A DNA stretch of 64,000 nucleotides from Eledone cirrhosa (GCA_964016885.1 OZ024744.1:115506001-115570000); one strand, 5' to 3'; positions 29,418 to 43,189 are shown, counted from the first letter of the stretch. The notes: generated by a model not told the origin, from the letters alone. Program-made: numbers and translations.

Positions 29418-32400
29418 TGTACCAGATGTGGTAGCAGAACTGTAATGTAGTCTAGGATGTCTGTATATAACAACACTGTCCCAGGTGTGGTAGCAATACT
29501 GTAATGTGGTCTAGGATGTCTGTATGTAACTACACTGTCCTAGATGTGGTAGAAGTACTGTAATGTAGTCTAGTATGGCTGTATGTAACAACACTGTCCC
29601 AGAGTTGGTAGCAGTACTGTAATGTAGTCTAGGATGTCTGTATGTAACAACACTGTCCTAGATATGGTAGCAGTACTGTAATGTAGTCTAGGATGTCTGT
29701 ATGTAACAACACTGTCCCAGATGTGGTAGCAGTACTGTAATGTGGTCTAGGATGTCTGTATGTAACAACAGTGTCCCAGATGTGGTAGCAGTACTGTAAT
29801 GTGGTCTAGGATGTCTGTATGTAACAACAGTGTCCTAGATCTGGTAGCAGTACTGTAATGTGGTCTAGGATATCTGTATGTAACAACACTGTCCCAGATG
29901 TGGTAGCAGTACTGTAATGTGGTCTAGGATATTTGTATGTAACACTGTCCCAGATGCGGTAGCAGTACTGTAATGTGGTCTAGGATGTATGTATGTCACA
30001 ACACTGTCCTAGATCTCATAGCAGTACTGTAATGTGGTCTAGGATGTCTGTATATAACAACACTGTACTAGATGTGGTAGCAGTACTATAATGTGGTCTA
30101 GGATGTCTGTATATAACAAGACTGTCCCAGATGTGGTCTAGGATGTCTGTATGTAACAACACTGTCTTAGGTGTGGTAGCAGTACTGTAATGTGGTCTAG
30201 GATTTCTGTATATAACAAGACTGTCCCAGATGTGTTAGCAGTACTGTAATGTAGTCTAGGATGTCTGTATATAACTACACTGTCCTAGATGTGGTAGCAG
30301 TACTGTAATGTGGTCTAGGGTGTCTGTATGTAACAACACTGTACCAGATGTGGTAGCAGCACTGTAATGTAGTCTAGGATGTCTGTATGTAACAACACTG
30401 TACCACATGTGGTAGCAGTACTGTAATGTGGTCTAGGATGTCTGTATGTAAAACTGTCCCAGATCTGGTAGCAGTACTGTAATGTGGTCTAGGATGTCTG
30501 TATATAACAAGACTGTCCAAGATGTGGTAGCAGTACTGTAATGTAGTCTAGGATGTCTATATGTAACAACACTGTCCCAGATGTGGTAGCAGTACTGTAA
30601 TGTGGTCTAGGATGTCTGTATGTAACAACACTGTCCCAGATGTGGTAGCAGTACTGTAATGTGGTCTAGGATGTCTGTATGTAACAACACTGTCCCAGAT
30701 GTGGTAGCAGTACTGTAATGTGGTCTAGGATCTCTGTATGTAACAACACTGTCCCAGATGTGGTAGCAGTACTGTAATGTAGTCTAGGATGTCTGTATGT
30801 AACAACACTGTACCAGGTGTGGTAGCAGTACTGTAATGTGGTCTAGCATGTCTGTATGTAACAGCACTGTCCCATATGTGGTAGCAGTACTGTAATGTAG
30901 TCTAAGATGTCTGTATGTAACTACACTCTCCTAGATGTGGTAGCAGTACTGTAATGTGGTCTAGGATCTCTGTATGTAACAACACTGTCCTAGATGTGGT
31001 AGCAGTACTGTAATGTGGTCTAGGATGTCTGTATGTAACAACACTGTCCTAGATGTGGTAGCAGTATTGTAATGTAGTCTAGGATGTCTGTATGTAACAA
31101 CACTGTCCTAGATGTGGTAGCAGTACTGTAATGTGGTCTAGAATGTCTGTATGTAACAACACTGTACCAGATGTGGTAGCAGTACTGTAATGTAGTCTAG
31201 GATGTCTGTATGTAACAACACTGTCCTAGATGTGGTAGTAGTACTGTAATGTGGTCTAGGATGTCTGTATAAAACAACACTGTACTAGATGTGGTAGCAT
31301 TACTGTAATGTGGTCTAGGATGTCTGTATGTAACAACACTGTACCAGATGTGGTAGCAGTACTGTAATGTGGTCTAGCATGTCTGTATGTAACAGCACTG
31401 TCCCATATGTGGTAGCTGTACTGTAATGTAGTCTAGGATGTCTGTATGTAACTACACTCTCCTAGATGTGGTAGCAGTACTGTAATGTGGTCTAGGATGT
31501 CTGTATGTAACAACACTGTCCTAGATGTGGTAGCAGTACTGTAATGTAGTCTAGGATGTCTGTATGTAACAACACAGTCCTAGATGTGGTAGCAGTACTG
31601 TAATGTAGTCTAGGATGTCTGTATGTAACAACACTGTACCAGATGTGGTAGCAGTACTGTAATGTGGTCTAGGATGTCTGTATGTAACTACACTGTCCCA
31701 GATATGGTAGCAGTACTGTAATGTAGTCTAGGATGTCACTATGTAACAACACTGTCCCAGATGTGGTAGCAGTACTGTAATGTGGTTTAGGATGTCTGTA
31801 TGTAATAACACTGTCCCAGATGTGGTAGCAGTACTGTAATGTGGTCTAGGATGTCTGTATGTAACAACACTGTCCCAGAGGTGGTAGCAAAACTGTAATG
31901 TGGTCTAGGATGTCTGTATATAACAACACTGTCCTAGATGTGGTAGTAGTACTGTAATGTAGTCTAGGATATCTGTAATTCACAACACTGCCCCAGATGT
32001 GGTAGCAGTACTGTAATGTAGTCTAGGATGTCTGTATATAACAACACTGTCCCAGATCTGGTAGCAGTACTGTAATGTGGTCTAGGGTGTCTGTATGAAA
32101 CAACACTGTCCATATCGGTAGCAGTACTGTAGCAGGTACTATGTTAACTGTATGTACAAGCACACGTACAGTATGGTAGCAGTACTGCAGTATTGTTGTA
32201 ACACACTGTCCAAGGGTCAGTTCTGTATGTAACGACACTGTCCCAGCTGTGGTAGCAGTACTGTAATGTGGTCTAGGATGTCTGTATGTAACAACACCTC
32301 CCACATGTGGTAACTGTACTGTAATGTGGTCTAGGATGTCTGTATATAACAACACTCTACCAGATGTGGTAGCAGTACTGTAATATAGTCTAGGATGTCT

Positions 32401-35400
32401 GTATGTAACAACACTGTCCCAGATGTGGTAGCAGTACTGTAATGTGGTCTAGGATGTCTGTATGTAAGAATACTGTACCAGATGTGGTAGCAGTACTGTA
32501 ATGTAGTCTAGGATGTCTGTATATAACAACACTATCCTAGATGTGGTAGCAGTACTGTAATGTAGTCTAGGATGTCCGTATGTAACAACACTGTCCCAGA
32601 TGTGGTAGCAGTACCGTAATGTTGTCTAGGATGTCTGTATGTAACAACAGTGTTCTAGATGTGGTAGCAGTACTGTAATGTAGTCTAGGATGTCTGTATG
32701 TAACAACACTGTCCCAGATGTGGTAGCAGTACTGTAATGTGGTCTAGGATGTCTGGATGTAACAACACTGTACCAGATGTGGTAGCAGTACTGTAATGTA
32801 GTCTAGGATGTCTGTATGTAACAACACTGTACCAGATGTGGTAGCAGTACTGTAATGTAGTCTAGGATGTCTGTATGTAACAACACTGTACCAGATGTGG
32901 TAGCAGTACTGTAATGTAGTCTAGGATGTCCGTATGTAACAACACTGTCCCAGATGTGGTAGCAGTACCGTAATGTGGTCTAGGATGTCTGTATGTAACA
33001 ACACTGTCCTAGATGTGGTAGTAGTACTGTAATGTAGTCTAGGATGTCTGTATGTAACAACACTGTCCCAGATGTGGTAGCAGTACTGTAATGTGGTCTA
33101 GGATGTCTGGATGTTACAACACTGTCCCTGATGTGGTAGCAGTACTGTAATGTGGTGTAGGATGTCAATATGTAACAACACTGTACCAGATGTGGTAGCA
33201 GTACTGTAATGTGGTCTAGGATGTCTGTACGTAAAAACACAGTCCTAGATGCGGGAGCAGTACTGTAATGTGGTCTAAGATGTCTGTATATAACAACACT
33301 GTCCCAGATGTGGTAGCAGTACTGTAATGTGGCCTAGGATCTCTGAATGTAACAACACTGTACCAGATGTGGTAGCAGTACTGTAATGTGGCCTAGGATG
33401 TCTGTATGTAACAACACTATGCCAGATGTGGTAGCAGTTCGGTAATATAGTCTAGGATGTCTGTATGTAACAACACTGTCCTAGATGTTGGAGCAGTACT
33501 GTAATGTGGTCTAGGATGTCTGTATGTAACAACACTGTCCTAGATGTAGTAGCAGTACTGTAATGTAGTCTAGGATGTCTGTATGTAACAACACTGTCCT
33601 AGATGTGGTAGCAGTACTGTGATGTAGTCTAGGATGTCTGTATGTAACAACACTGTCCTAGATGTTGTAGCAGTACTGTAATGTAGTCTAGGATGTCTGT
33701 ATATAACAACACTGTCCTAGATATGGTAGCAGTACTGTAATGTAGTCTAGGATGTCTGTATGTAACAACACTGTCCCAGATGTGGTAGCAGTACTGTAAT
33801 GTGGTCTAGCATGTCTGTATGTAACAACATTGTCCTAGATGTGGTAGCAGTAATGTAATGTAGTCTAGGATGTCTGTATATAACAACACTGTCCCAGATG
33901 TGGTAGCAGTACTGTAATGTAGTCTAGGATGTCTGTATGTAACAACACTGTCCCAGATGTGGTAGCAGTACTGTAATGTGGTCTAGCATGTCTGTATGTA
34001 ACAACATTGTCCTAGATGTGGTAGCAGTAATGTAATGTAGTCTAGGATGTCTGTATATAACAACACTGTCCCAGATGTGGTAGCAGTACTGTAATGTGGT
34101 CTAGGATGTCTGTATATAACAACACTGTCCCAGAGGTGGTAGCAGTACTGTAATGTGGTCTAGGATGTCTGTATATAACAACACTGTCCCAGGTGTGGTA
34201 GCAGTACTGTAATGTGGTCTAGGATGTCTGTCTGTAACAACACTGTCCCAGATGTGGTAGCAGTACTGTAATGTAGTCTAGGATGTCTGTATGTAACAAC
34301 ACTGTCCTACATGTGGTAGCAGTACTGTAATGTGGTCTAGGATGTCTGTATATAACACCACTGTCCTAGATGTGGTAGCAGTACTGTACTGTAATCTAGG
34401 ATGTCTGTCTGTAACAACACTGTCCCGGATGTGGTAGCAGTACTGTAATGTAGTCTAGGATGTCTGTATATAACAACACTGTACCAGATGTGGTAGAAGG
34501 ACTGTAATGTGGTCTAGGATGTCTGTATATAACAACACTGTCCCAGAAGTGGTAGCAGTACTGTAATGTAGTCTAGGATGTCTGTATGTAACAACACTGT
34601 CCCAGATGTGGTAGAAGGACTGTAATGTGGTCTAGGATGTCTGTATATAACAACACTGTCCTAGATGTGGTAGCAGTACTGTAATGTAGTCTAGCATGTC
34701 TGTATGTAACAACACTGTCCCAGATGTGGTAGCAGTACTGAAATGTGGTCTAGGATGTCTGTATATAACAACACTGTCCTAGATGTGGTAGCAGTACTGT
34801 AATGTAGTCTAGCATGTCTGTATGTAACAACACTGTCCCAGATGTTGTAGCAGTACTGTAATGTGGTCTATGATGTCTGTATGTAACAACACTGTCCCAG
34901 ATGTTGTAGCAGTACTGTAATGTGGTCTAGGATGTCTGTATGTAACACTGTCCCAGATGTGGTAGCAGTACTGTAATGTAGTCTAGGATGTCTGTATGTA
35001 ACAACACTGTCCTAGATGTAGTAGCAGTACTGTAATGTATTCTAGGATGTCTGTATGTAACAACACTGTCCCAGATGTGGTAGCAGTACTGTAATGTAGT
35101 CTAGGATGTCTGTATGTAACCACACTGTCCTAGATGTGGTAGCAGTACTGTACTGTAATCTAGGATGTCTGTCTGTAACAACACTGTCCCAGATGTGGTA
35201 GCAGTACTGTAATGTGGTCTAGGATATCTGTATGTAATAACACTGTACCAGATGTGGTAGCAGTACTGTAATGTGGTCTAGGATGTCTGTATGTAACAAC
35301 ACTGTCCCACATGTGGTAGCAATACTGAAATGTAGTCTAGGATGTCTGTATATAACAACACTGTCCCAAATGTGGTAGCAGTACTGTAATGAGGTCTAGG

Positions 35401-38400
35401 ATGTCTCTATGTAACAACACTGTACCAGATGTGGTAGCAGTACTGTAATGTAGTCTAGGATGTCTGTATGTAACAACACCGTAGCAGATGTGGTAGCAGT
35501 ACTGTAATGTAGTCTAGGATGTCTGTATGTACCAACACTGTCAAAGATGTGGTACAGTACTGAAATGTAGTCTAGGATGTCTGTATGTAACAACACTGTC
35601 CCAGATGTGGTAGCAGTACTGTAATGTTGTCTAGGATGTCTGTTTGTAACAACACTGTCCCAGATGTGGTAGCAGTACTGTAATGTCATCTAGGATGTCT
35701 CTATGTACCAACACTGTCCCGGATGTGGTAGCAGTACTGTAATGTGGTCTACGATGTCTGTATGTAAAAACACAGTACTAGATGCGGGAGCAGTACTGTA
35801 ATGCAGTCTAGGATGTCTGTATGTAAAACACAGTACTAGATGTGGGAGCAGTACTGTAATGTGGTCTAGGATGTCTGTATGTAACAACATTGTCCCTGAT
35901 GTGGTAGCAGTACTGTAATGTGGTCTAGGATGTCTGTATATAACAACACTGTACTAGATGCGGGAGCAGTACTGTAATGTGGTCTAGGATGTCTGTATGT
36001 AACAACACTGTCCCAGATCTGGTAGCAGTACTGTAATGTGGTCTAGGATCTCTGAATGTAACAACACTGTACCAGATGTGGTAGCAGTACTGTAATGTGG
36101 TGTAGGATGTCTATATGTAACAACACTGTCCCAGATGTGTTAGCAGTACTGTAATGTTGTCTAGGATGTCTGTATGTAAGAACACTGTCCCACATGTGGT
36201 AGTAGTACTGTAATATGGTCTAGGAAGTCTGTAGGTAATAACAACACTGTCGCAGATGTGGTAGCACTACTTTAATGTGGTCTATGATGTCTGTATGTAA
36301 CAACACTGTCCTAGGTGTGGTAGCAGTACTGTAATGTGGTCTAGGATGTCTGTATGTAACAACACTGTCCTAGATGTGGTAGCAGTACTGTAATGTAGTC
36401 TAGGATGTCTGTATGTAACAACACTGTCCTAGATATAGTAGCCATACTGTAATGTAGTGTAGGATGTCTGTATATATCAACACAGTCCCAGATGTGGTAG
36501 CAGTACTGGAATGTGGTCTAGGATGTCTGTATGTAACAACACTGTCCTAGATGTGGTAGTAGTACTGTAATGTTGTCTAGGATGTCTGTATGTAACAATA
36601 CTGTCCCAGGTGTGGTAGCAGTACTGTAATGTGGTCTAGGATGTCTGTACGTAACAACACTGTACCAGACGTGGTAGCAGTACTGTAATGTGGTCTAGGA
36701 TGTCTGTATATAACAACACTGTCCTAGATGTGGTAGCAGTACTGTAATATAGTCTAGCATGTCTGTATGTAACAACACTGTCCCAGACGTGGTAGCAGTA
36801 CTGTAATGTAGTCTAGCATGTCTGTATGTAACAATACTGTCCCAGATGTGGTAGCAGTACTGTAATGAGGTCTAGGATGTCTGTATGTTAAAACACTGTA
36901 CCAGATGTGGTAGCAGTACTGTAATTTGGTCTAGGATGTCTGTATGTAACAACACTGTCCGAGATGTTGTAGCAGTACTGTAATATGGTCTAGGATGTCT
37001 CTAAGTAACAACACTGTCCCACATGTGGTAGCAGTACTGTAATGTGGTCTAGGATGTCTGTATATAAGACTGACCCGGATGTGGTAGCAGTACTGTAATG
37101 TAGTGTAGGATGTCTGTATGTAACAACACTGTACCAGATGTGGTGGCAGTACTGTAATGAGGTCTAGGATGTCTGTGTGTAACATCACTGTCCCCGATGT
37201 GGTAGCAGTACTGTAATGTTGTCTAGGATGTCTGTATGTAACAACACTGTCCCAGATGTGGTAGCAGTACTGTAATGTGGTCTAGGATGTCTCTATATAA
37301 CAACACTATCCTAGATATGGTAGCAGTACTGTAATGTAGTCTAGGCTGTCTGTATGTAACAACACTGTCCTAGATGTGGTAGCAGTACTGTAATGTAATC
37401 TAGGATGTCTGTCTGTAACAACACTGTCCCAGATGTGGTAGCAGTACTGTAATGTGGTCTAGGATATCTGTATGTAATAACACTGTACCAGATGTGGTAG
37501 CAGTACTGTAATGTGGTCTAGGATGTCTGTATGTAACAACACTGTCCCACATGTGGTAGCAATACTGAAATGTAGTCTAGGATGTCTGTATATAACAACA
37601 CTGTCCCAAATGTGGTAGCAGTACTGTAATGAGGTCTAGGATGTCTGTATGTAACAACACTGTCCCAGATGTGGCGGCAGTACTGTAATATAGTCTACGA
37701 TGTCTGTATGTAACAACACTGTGCCAGATGTGGTAGCAGTACTGTAATGTGGTCTAGGGTGTCTGTATATAACAACACTGCCCCAGATGTGGTAGCAGTA
37801 CTGTAATGTGGTCTAGCATGTCTGTATGTAACAACACTGTCCCAGATGTGGTAGCAGTAATGTAATGTGGTCTAGGACGTCTGTATGTAACAACACTGTA
37901 CCAGATGTGGTAGAAGTACTGTAATGTGGTCTAGGATGTCTCTATGTAACAACACTGTCCTATTTATGGTAGCAGTACTGTAATGTGGCCTAGGAAGTCA
38001 GTATGTAACAACACTGTACTAGATGCGGGAGCAGTACTGTAATGTGGTCTAGGATGTCTATATGTAACAACACTGTCTTAGATGTGGTAGCAGTACTGTA
38101 ATGTGGTCTAGGATGTCTGTATGTAACAACACTGTCCTAGATGTGGTAGCAGTACTGTAATGTGGTCTAGGATGTCTGTATGTAACAACACTGTCCTAGG
38201 TGTGGTAGCAGTACTGTAATGTGGTGTAGGAAGCCTGTATGTAACAACACTGTACCAGATGTGGTAGCAGTACTGTAATGTGGTCTAGTATGTCTGTATG
38301 TAACAACACTGTCCTATTTATGGTAGCAGTACTGTACTGTGGTCTAGGATGTCTGTATATAACAACACTATCCTAGATGTGGTAGCAGTACTGTAATGTA

Positions 38401-41400
38401 GTCTAGGATGTCTGTATGTGACAACACTGTCCCAGATGTGGTAGTGGTACTGTAATGTGGTCTAGTATGTCTGTATGTAACAACACTGTCCTAGATGTGG
38501 TAGCCGTACTGTAATGTAGTCTAGGATGTCTGTATGTCACAACACTGTACCAGATGTGGTAGCTGTACCTTAATGTGGTCTAGGATGTCTGTATGTAACA
38601 ACACTGTACCAGATGTGGTAGTAGTACTGTAATGTGGTCTAGGATGTCTGTATGTAACAACACTGTCCTAGATGTGGTAGCAGTACTGTAATGTGGTCTA
38701 GGATGTCTGTATGTAACAACACTGTACCAGACGTGGTAGCAGTACTGTAATGTGGTCTAGGATGTCTATATAACAACACTGTCCCAGATGTGGTAGCAGT
38801 ACTGTAATGTAGTCTAGGATGTCTGTATGTAACAACACTGTCCCAGATGTGGTAGCAGTACTGTAATGTGGTCTAGGATGTCTGTATGTAACAACACTGT
38901 CCTAGATGTGGTAGCAGTACTGTAATGTAGTCTAGGATGTCTGTATGTGACAACACTGTCCCAGATGTGGTAGTGGTACTGTAATGTTGTCTAGTATGTC
39001 TGTATGTAACAACACTGTCCCAGATGTGGTAGCAGTACTGTAATGTGGTCTAGGATGTCTGTATGTAACAACACTGTCCTAGATGTGGTAGCAGTACTGT
39101 AATGTGGTCTAGGATGTCTGTATGTAACAACACTGTCCCAGATGTGGTAGCAGTACTGTAATGTGGTCTAGGATGTCTGTATGTAACAACACTGTCCCAG
39201 ATGTGGTAGCAGTACTGTAATGTAGTCTAGGATGTCTGTATGTAACAACACTGTCCCAGATGTGGTAGCAGTACTGTAATGTAGTCTAGGATGTCTGTAT
39301 ATAACAACACTGTACCAGATGTGGTAGCAGTACTGTAATGTGGTCTAGGATGTCTGTATATAACAACACTGTACCAGACGTGGTAGCAGTACTGTAATGT
39401 GGTCTAGGATGTCTGTATTTAACAACACTGTCCCAGATGTGGTAGCAGTACTGTAATGTGGTCTAGGATGTCTGTATGTAACAACACTGTCCCAGATGTG
39501 GTAGCAGTACTGTAATGTGGTCTAGGATGTCTGGATGTAACAACACTGTCCTAGATGTGGTAGCAATACTGTAATGTGGTCTAGGATGTCTGTATGTAAC
39601 AATACTGTCCCAGATGTGGTAGCAGTACTGTAATGTGGTCTAGGATGTCTGTATGTAACAATACTGTCCCAGATGTGGTAGCAGTACTGTAATGTAGTCT
39701 GAGATGTCTGTATGTAACAACACTGTCCCAGACGTAGTAGCAGTACTGTAATGTTGTCTAGGATGTCTGTATGTAACAACACTGTCCCAGATCTGGTAGT
39801 AGTACTGTAATGTGGTGTAGGATGTCTGTATATAACAACACTGTCCCAGATGTGGTATCAATGCTGTAATGTGGTCTAGGATGTCTGTATGTAACAACAC
39901 TGTCCCAGATGTGGTAGCAGTACTGTAATGTGGTGTAGGATGTCTGTATGTAACAACACTGTCCCCGATGTGGTAGCAGTACTGTAATGTAGTCTAGGAT
40001 GTCTCTATATAACAACACTGTCCCAGATGTGGTAGCAGTACTGTAATGTGGTCTAGGATGTCTGTATGTAACAACACTGTCCTAGATGTGGTAACAGTAC
40101 TGTAATGTGGTCTAGGATGTCTATGTAACAACACTGTCCCAGATGTGGTAGCAATGCTGTAATGTGGTCTAGGATGTCTGTATATAACAACACTGTCCTA
40201 GATGTGGTAGCAGTACTGTAATGTGGTCTAGGATGTCTGTATGTAACAACACTGTCCTAGATGTGGTAACAGTACTGTAATGTGGTCTAGGATGTCTATG
40301 TAACAACACTGTCCCAGATGTGGTAGCAATGCTGTAATGTGGTCTAGGATGTCTCTATATAACAACACTGTCCCAGATGTGGTAGCAGTACTGTAATGTG
40401 GTCTAGGAAGTCTGTATGTAACAACACTGTCCCAGATGTGGTAGCAGTACTGTAATGTGGTCTAGGATGTCTGTATGTAACAACACTGTACCAGATGAGG
40501 TAACAGTACTGTAATGCAGTCTAGTATGTCTGTGGGTATCAACACTGTCCCAGATGTGGTAGCAGTACTGTAATGTGGTCTAGGATGTCTGTAACACCAC
40601 TGTCCCAGATGTGGTAGCAGTACTGTAATGTGGTCTAGGATGTCTGTATATAACAACACTGTCCCAGATGTGGTAGCAGTACTGTAATGTGGTCTACGAT
40701 GTCTGTATGTAACAACACTGTACCAGATGTGGTAGCAGGACTGTAACGTGGTCTAGGATGTCAGTATGTAACAACACTGACCCAGGTGTGGTAGCAGTAC
40801 TGTAAGTGGTCTAGGATGTCTGTATGTAACAACACTGTCCCAGGTGTGGTAGCAGTACTGTAATGTGGTCTAGGATGTCTGTATGTAACAACACTGTCCT
40901 AGATGTGGTAGCAGTACTGTAATATAGTCTAGGATGTCTGTATGTAACAACACTCTCCTAAATGTGGTAGCAGTACTGTAATGTGGTCTAAGATATCTGT
41001 ATATAACAACACTGTCCCAGATGTAGTAGCAGTACTGTAATGTAGTCTAGGATGTCTGTATGTAACAACACTGTCCCAGATGTGGTAGCAGTACTATAAT
41101 GAGGTCTAGGGTGTCTGTAACACCATTGTCCCAGATGTGGTAATTATACTGTAATATAGCCTAGGATGTCTGTATGTAATATCAACACTGTCCTAGATGT
41201 GGTAGCAGTACTGTAATGTGATCTAGGATGTCTGTATGTAACAACACTGTCCTAGATGTGGTAGCAGTACTGTAATGTAGTCTAGGATGTCTGTATGTAA
41301 CTACACTGTCCCAGATGTGGTAGCAGTACTGTAATGTTGTCTAGGATGTCTGTATGTAAGAACACTGTCCCACATGTGGTAGCAGTACTGTAATGTGGTC

Positions 41401-42313
41401 TAGGATGTCTGTAGGTAATAACAACACTGTCGCAGATGTGGTAGCACTACTTTAATGTGGTCTAGGATGTCTGTATGTAACAACACTGTCCCAGATGTGG
41501 TAGCAGTACTGTAATGTAGTCTAGGATGTCTGTATGTAACAACACTGTGCCAGATGTGGTAGCAGTACTGTAATGTGGTCTAGGATGTCTGTATGTAACA
41601 ACACTGTCCCAGATGTGTTAGCAGTACTGTAATGTAGTCTAGGATGTTTGTATGTAACAACACTGTCCCAGATGTGGTAGCAGTACTGTAATGTGGTCTA
41701 GGATGTCTGTATGTAACAACACTGTACCAGATGTGGTAGCAGTACTGTAATGTGGTCTATGATGTCTGTATGTAACAACACTGTCCCAGGTGTGGTAGCA
41801 GTACTGTAATGTAGTCTAGGATGTCTGTATGTAACAACACTGTCCCAGATGTGGTAGCAGTACTGTAATGAGGTCTAGGATGTCTGTATGTAACAACACT
41901 GTCCCAGATGTGGTAGTAGTACTGTAATATGGTCTAGGATGTCTGTATATAACAACACTGTCCCAGATGTGGTAGCAGTACTGTAATGTGGTCTAGGATG
42001 TCTGTATGTAACAACACTGTCCCAGGTGTGGTAGCAGTACTGTAATGTAGTCTAGGATGTCTGTATGTAACAACACTGTCCCAGATGTGGTAGCAGTACT
42101 GTAATGAGGTCTAGGATGTCTGTATGTAACAACACTGTCCCAGATGTGGTAGTAGTACTGTAATATGGTCTAGGATGTCTGTATATAACAACACTGTCCC
42201 AGATGTGGTAGCAGTACTGTAATATGGTCTAGGATGTCTGTATATAACAACACTGTCCCAGATGTGGTAGCAGTACTGTAATATTGTCTAGGATGTCTGC
42301 ATATAACAACACT
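29418..42313. repeat. 59-bp satellite array, right block (more diverged monomers)
   Basis: Seen: same monomer and orientation, about 218 copies by length, more private substitutions and indels; ends at ...ATATAACAACACT near 42313. Confidence 0.99.
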
Positions 42314-42570
42314 CTCATCCAGGTTTCTCAAATACTCTGCATTCTAGTTTCTCTTCTATATAGCAATGCAGATTGGACTCAGCTACGATACCATTCATCT
42401 TTCACTCAGAGGGAAAAAACCCATCGTTATCAACGGAGGTAGTAGTTCCCTAAACTTCTTCCATCCAGTCCTTATTCTAGCTATGTTCTCAGAACAACCT
42501 CCTCCGCCACTAATTAGATGACCTAGGTAATAGAAGCTATCAACTACTTCTATGGTACCTTTGTTATCAA
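42314..42570 (-). mobile_element. Decayed RTE fragment (RT thumb to GSET region)
   Basis: Seen: minus strand IEVVDSFYYLGHLISGGGGCSENIARIRTGWKKFRELLPPLITMGF, then frameshifted FSL*VKDEWY..VQSALLYRRET. Homologous to the 28550 element. Confidence 0.88.
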
Positions 42571-42614
42571 CAGAAGTAGTAACTCCCTGAACTTTTTCCA
42601 TCATGTCCTTACTG

Positions 42615-42712
42615 ATGCTTCTGTTCTTTCAGAACACCCAACTCCACTAATTTGATCACTCAGGTAACAGAATCTATCAATTAATTCTGAGGATCCACCT
42701 CAGCATTTGGTT
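42615..42712 (-). mobile_element. Second short decayed RTE fragment covering the same F.YL..IS..GCSE motif
   Basis: Seen: minus translation KC*GGSSELIDRFCYLSDQISGVGCSERTEA. Confidence 0.7.
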
Positions 42713-42824
42713 CATTTTTAAGTATAAATAGTTGGGTCAAGCAACCATGCTTTGCTCATACATTCCATCTCTGGAAACCATGAAAACATGGAATGTATGA
42801 GCATGATGTGGTCATCAGACTATA

Positions 42825-42875
42825 TCAACCTGTCCAACCCATGTCAACATGGAAAATAGATGTAAAATGATGAAA
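42825..42875 (+). mobile_element. Isolated RTE 3'-terminus remnant
   Basis: Seen: CCTGTCCAACCCATGTCAACATGGAAAATAGATGTAAAATGATG aligns to 29357-29405 (CCCGTCTAACCCATGCTAGCGTGGAAGAACGGACGTAAAACGGTGATG). Confidence 0.75.
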
Positions 42876-43189
42876 TAAATAAAACATACCAGTTTGCATT
42901 TGGGAAAAATCCACATTTCTGAAAATGAAGAAAATAAAAATATATTAAAATAAAATAAAGTAACAAGATAGAGTTGTTATTAATGTTATAATAAAAGTTA
43001 ATTAATTTGTTGAGATGACAAGTGTCTCAGTCTTCGCAGCACTCAGCATCACACACCTGTCAAGTGTATGCCAAGTTACATAATACCACCTGATCAACTA
43101 ATTCCATCTGACTGACCCTACATTCACCTGTCTTGATAAAATTCCCACCTGGTTGCACATGTCAGTTCCATTCAGCTGGAATCTGACTT

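Noticed and set aside
1075-40659. Many minus-strand ORFs (MLLHTDILDHITVLL...) in the 59-bp array
   Set aside because: The unit is not a multiple of 3 and has a recurring stop; ORF lengths are set by phase cycling and chance SNPs.
42200-42400. Idea that the 59-mer derives from the abutting minus-strand RTE fragment (SMLRWMC.V region)
   Set aside because: The position is collinear but the similarity is weaker and gappier than the plus-strand alignment; kept only as an alternative.
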